A DNA stretch of 64,000 nt, taken from positions 17,484,001 to 17,548,000 of the forward strand of contig OY740786.1 of the NCBI GenBank assembly GCA_963514005.1, read 5' to 3'. Under the pieces are notes generated by a model that saw nothing but the letters and a program-made list of their open reading frames with translations, did no database searches and was not told where the DNA came from. How positions within the stretch are numbered: position 1 is the stretch's first letter; each line of letters begins with the position of its first letter. Below are positions 63,181 to 64,000 of the stretch, piece by piece. The position numbers and the translations under genes are program-made. This stretch comes from Raja brachyura (lineage: Eukaryota).

Positions 63181-64000
63181 GCAGCCATGCCAGAATGACA
63201 AGAATAGCAACACTTATCTGAGCTCCAAGTGTGCTGAATGTCCAAGGATACACGTACAATGAATTGGCTATACTGTTAAGTTTACCAAATCTGATTCTGA
63301 AGCAAGTGTTTTTGTTCAAAGATATTTAAAAGGCTTACCCCACTGATATACATAAATGTCTAAATAATGCACAAAATGTACCAGAGTACCTTGGGTCTGG
63401 TTTCATCTAAATAAATGGTTCATGTGCTGAAAGGACCCAATGGCAAAGCAAGGAGACAGCATCAAGTATTAAACAAAAGAAAAAAAGCTATGGGTGCACC
63501 TTTCAAAACAGGTTGCTTGTTCTTTGTTGCTGTTTAAACGATGGCTCCGGAGACAATGAATGAGAGAAAATGACTATCATTTACAGGTAGACCCATGGAA
63601 TATACTCGTGAGGGATCTGAATTTAATGCAGACTTCAAATGAAATGCTCCTACTCATAAGGGATCTGAATTTAATGGCATTCATTTGTATGCAATTAATT
63701 TGTGAACTTGCTTCGAGATGCAAAATGCTCTCAGGTCACCCACCTCCAAACTAAAGCTGAACTGATAAACAAGCAATCAATGAGCACACGCAAGTATTAG
63801 GCCATTCAGGCCACTGATCTGACCCAGGTCTCACTCTTCTTGCCTCAGTTCCTGGATCTTTCAACAAAAATGTATTTTTTTAAACACACCCAATTATCTA
63901 TTTTCCACAACCATCTAGGGATTCATCTTCTGTGTGGTGGTTCCTACTAGCAATACCGGTGTAAATGAGTACTCAATGGTCACTGTGGATTCGGGGCCTA

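Overview
Vertebrate genomic DNA. The repeat inventory (HER/CR1 LINEs, V-SINE-like SINEs, Penelope, Rex-Babar) suggests a cartilaginous fish, probably a skate or ray (inference). At least 12 phase-compatible internal coding exons of a coiled-coil centriolar gene lie on the minus strand between 5376 and 56676. It is best identified as TSGA10 and carries extra CEP135-like N-terminal exons. The introns are full of mobile DNA: a decayed Ty3/Gypsy element, many CR1, Rex and Penelope fragments, tandem and nested non-autonomous Helitrons carrying G/C-rich tracts and satellites, and a Harbinger MITE. Two items stand out. (1) A complete 130-bp TSD-flanked retroposon at 63051-63180 (-) starts exactly at G1 of a minimal HDV-like self-cleaving ribozyme fold and ends in a stem-loop plus (AAG)n tail; a decayed second copy sits inside a Helitron. 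(2) A class I ERV-like LTR element at 44646-51206 has most of pol/env replaced by intronless fragments of ZNF276 (in permuted order) and a thrombospondin. All protein and family identities come from recall and by-eye comparison; no database search was run.
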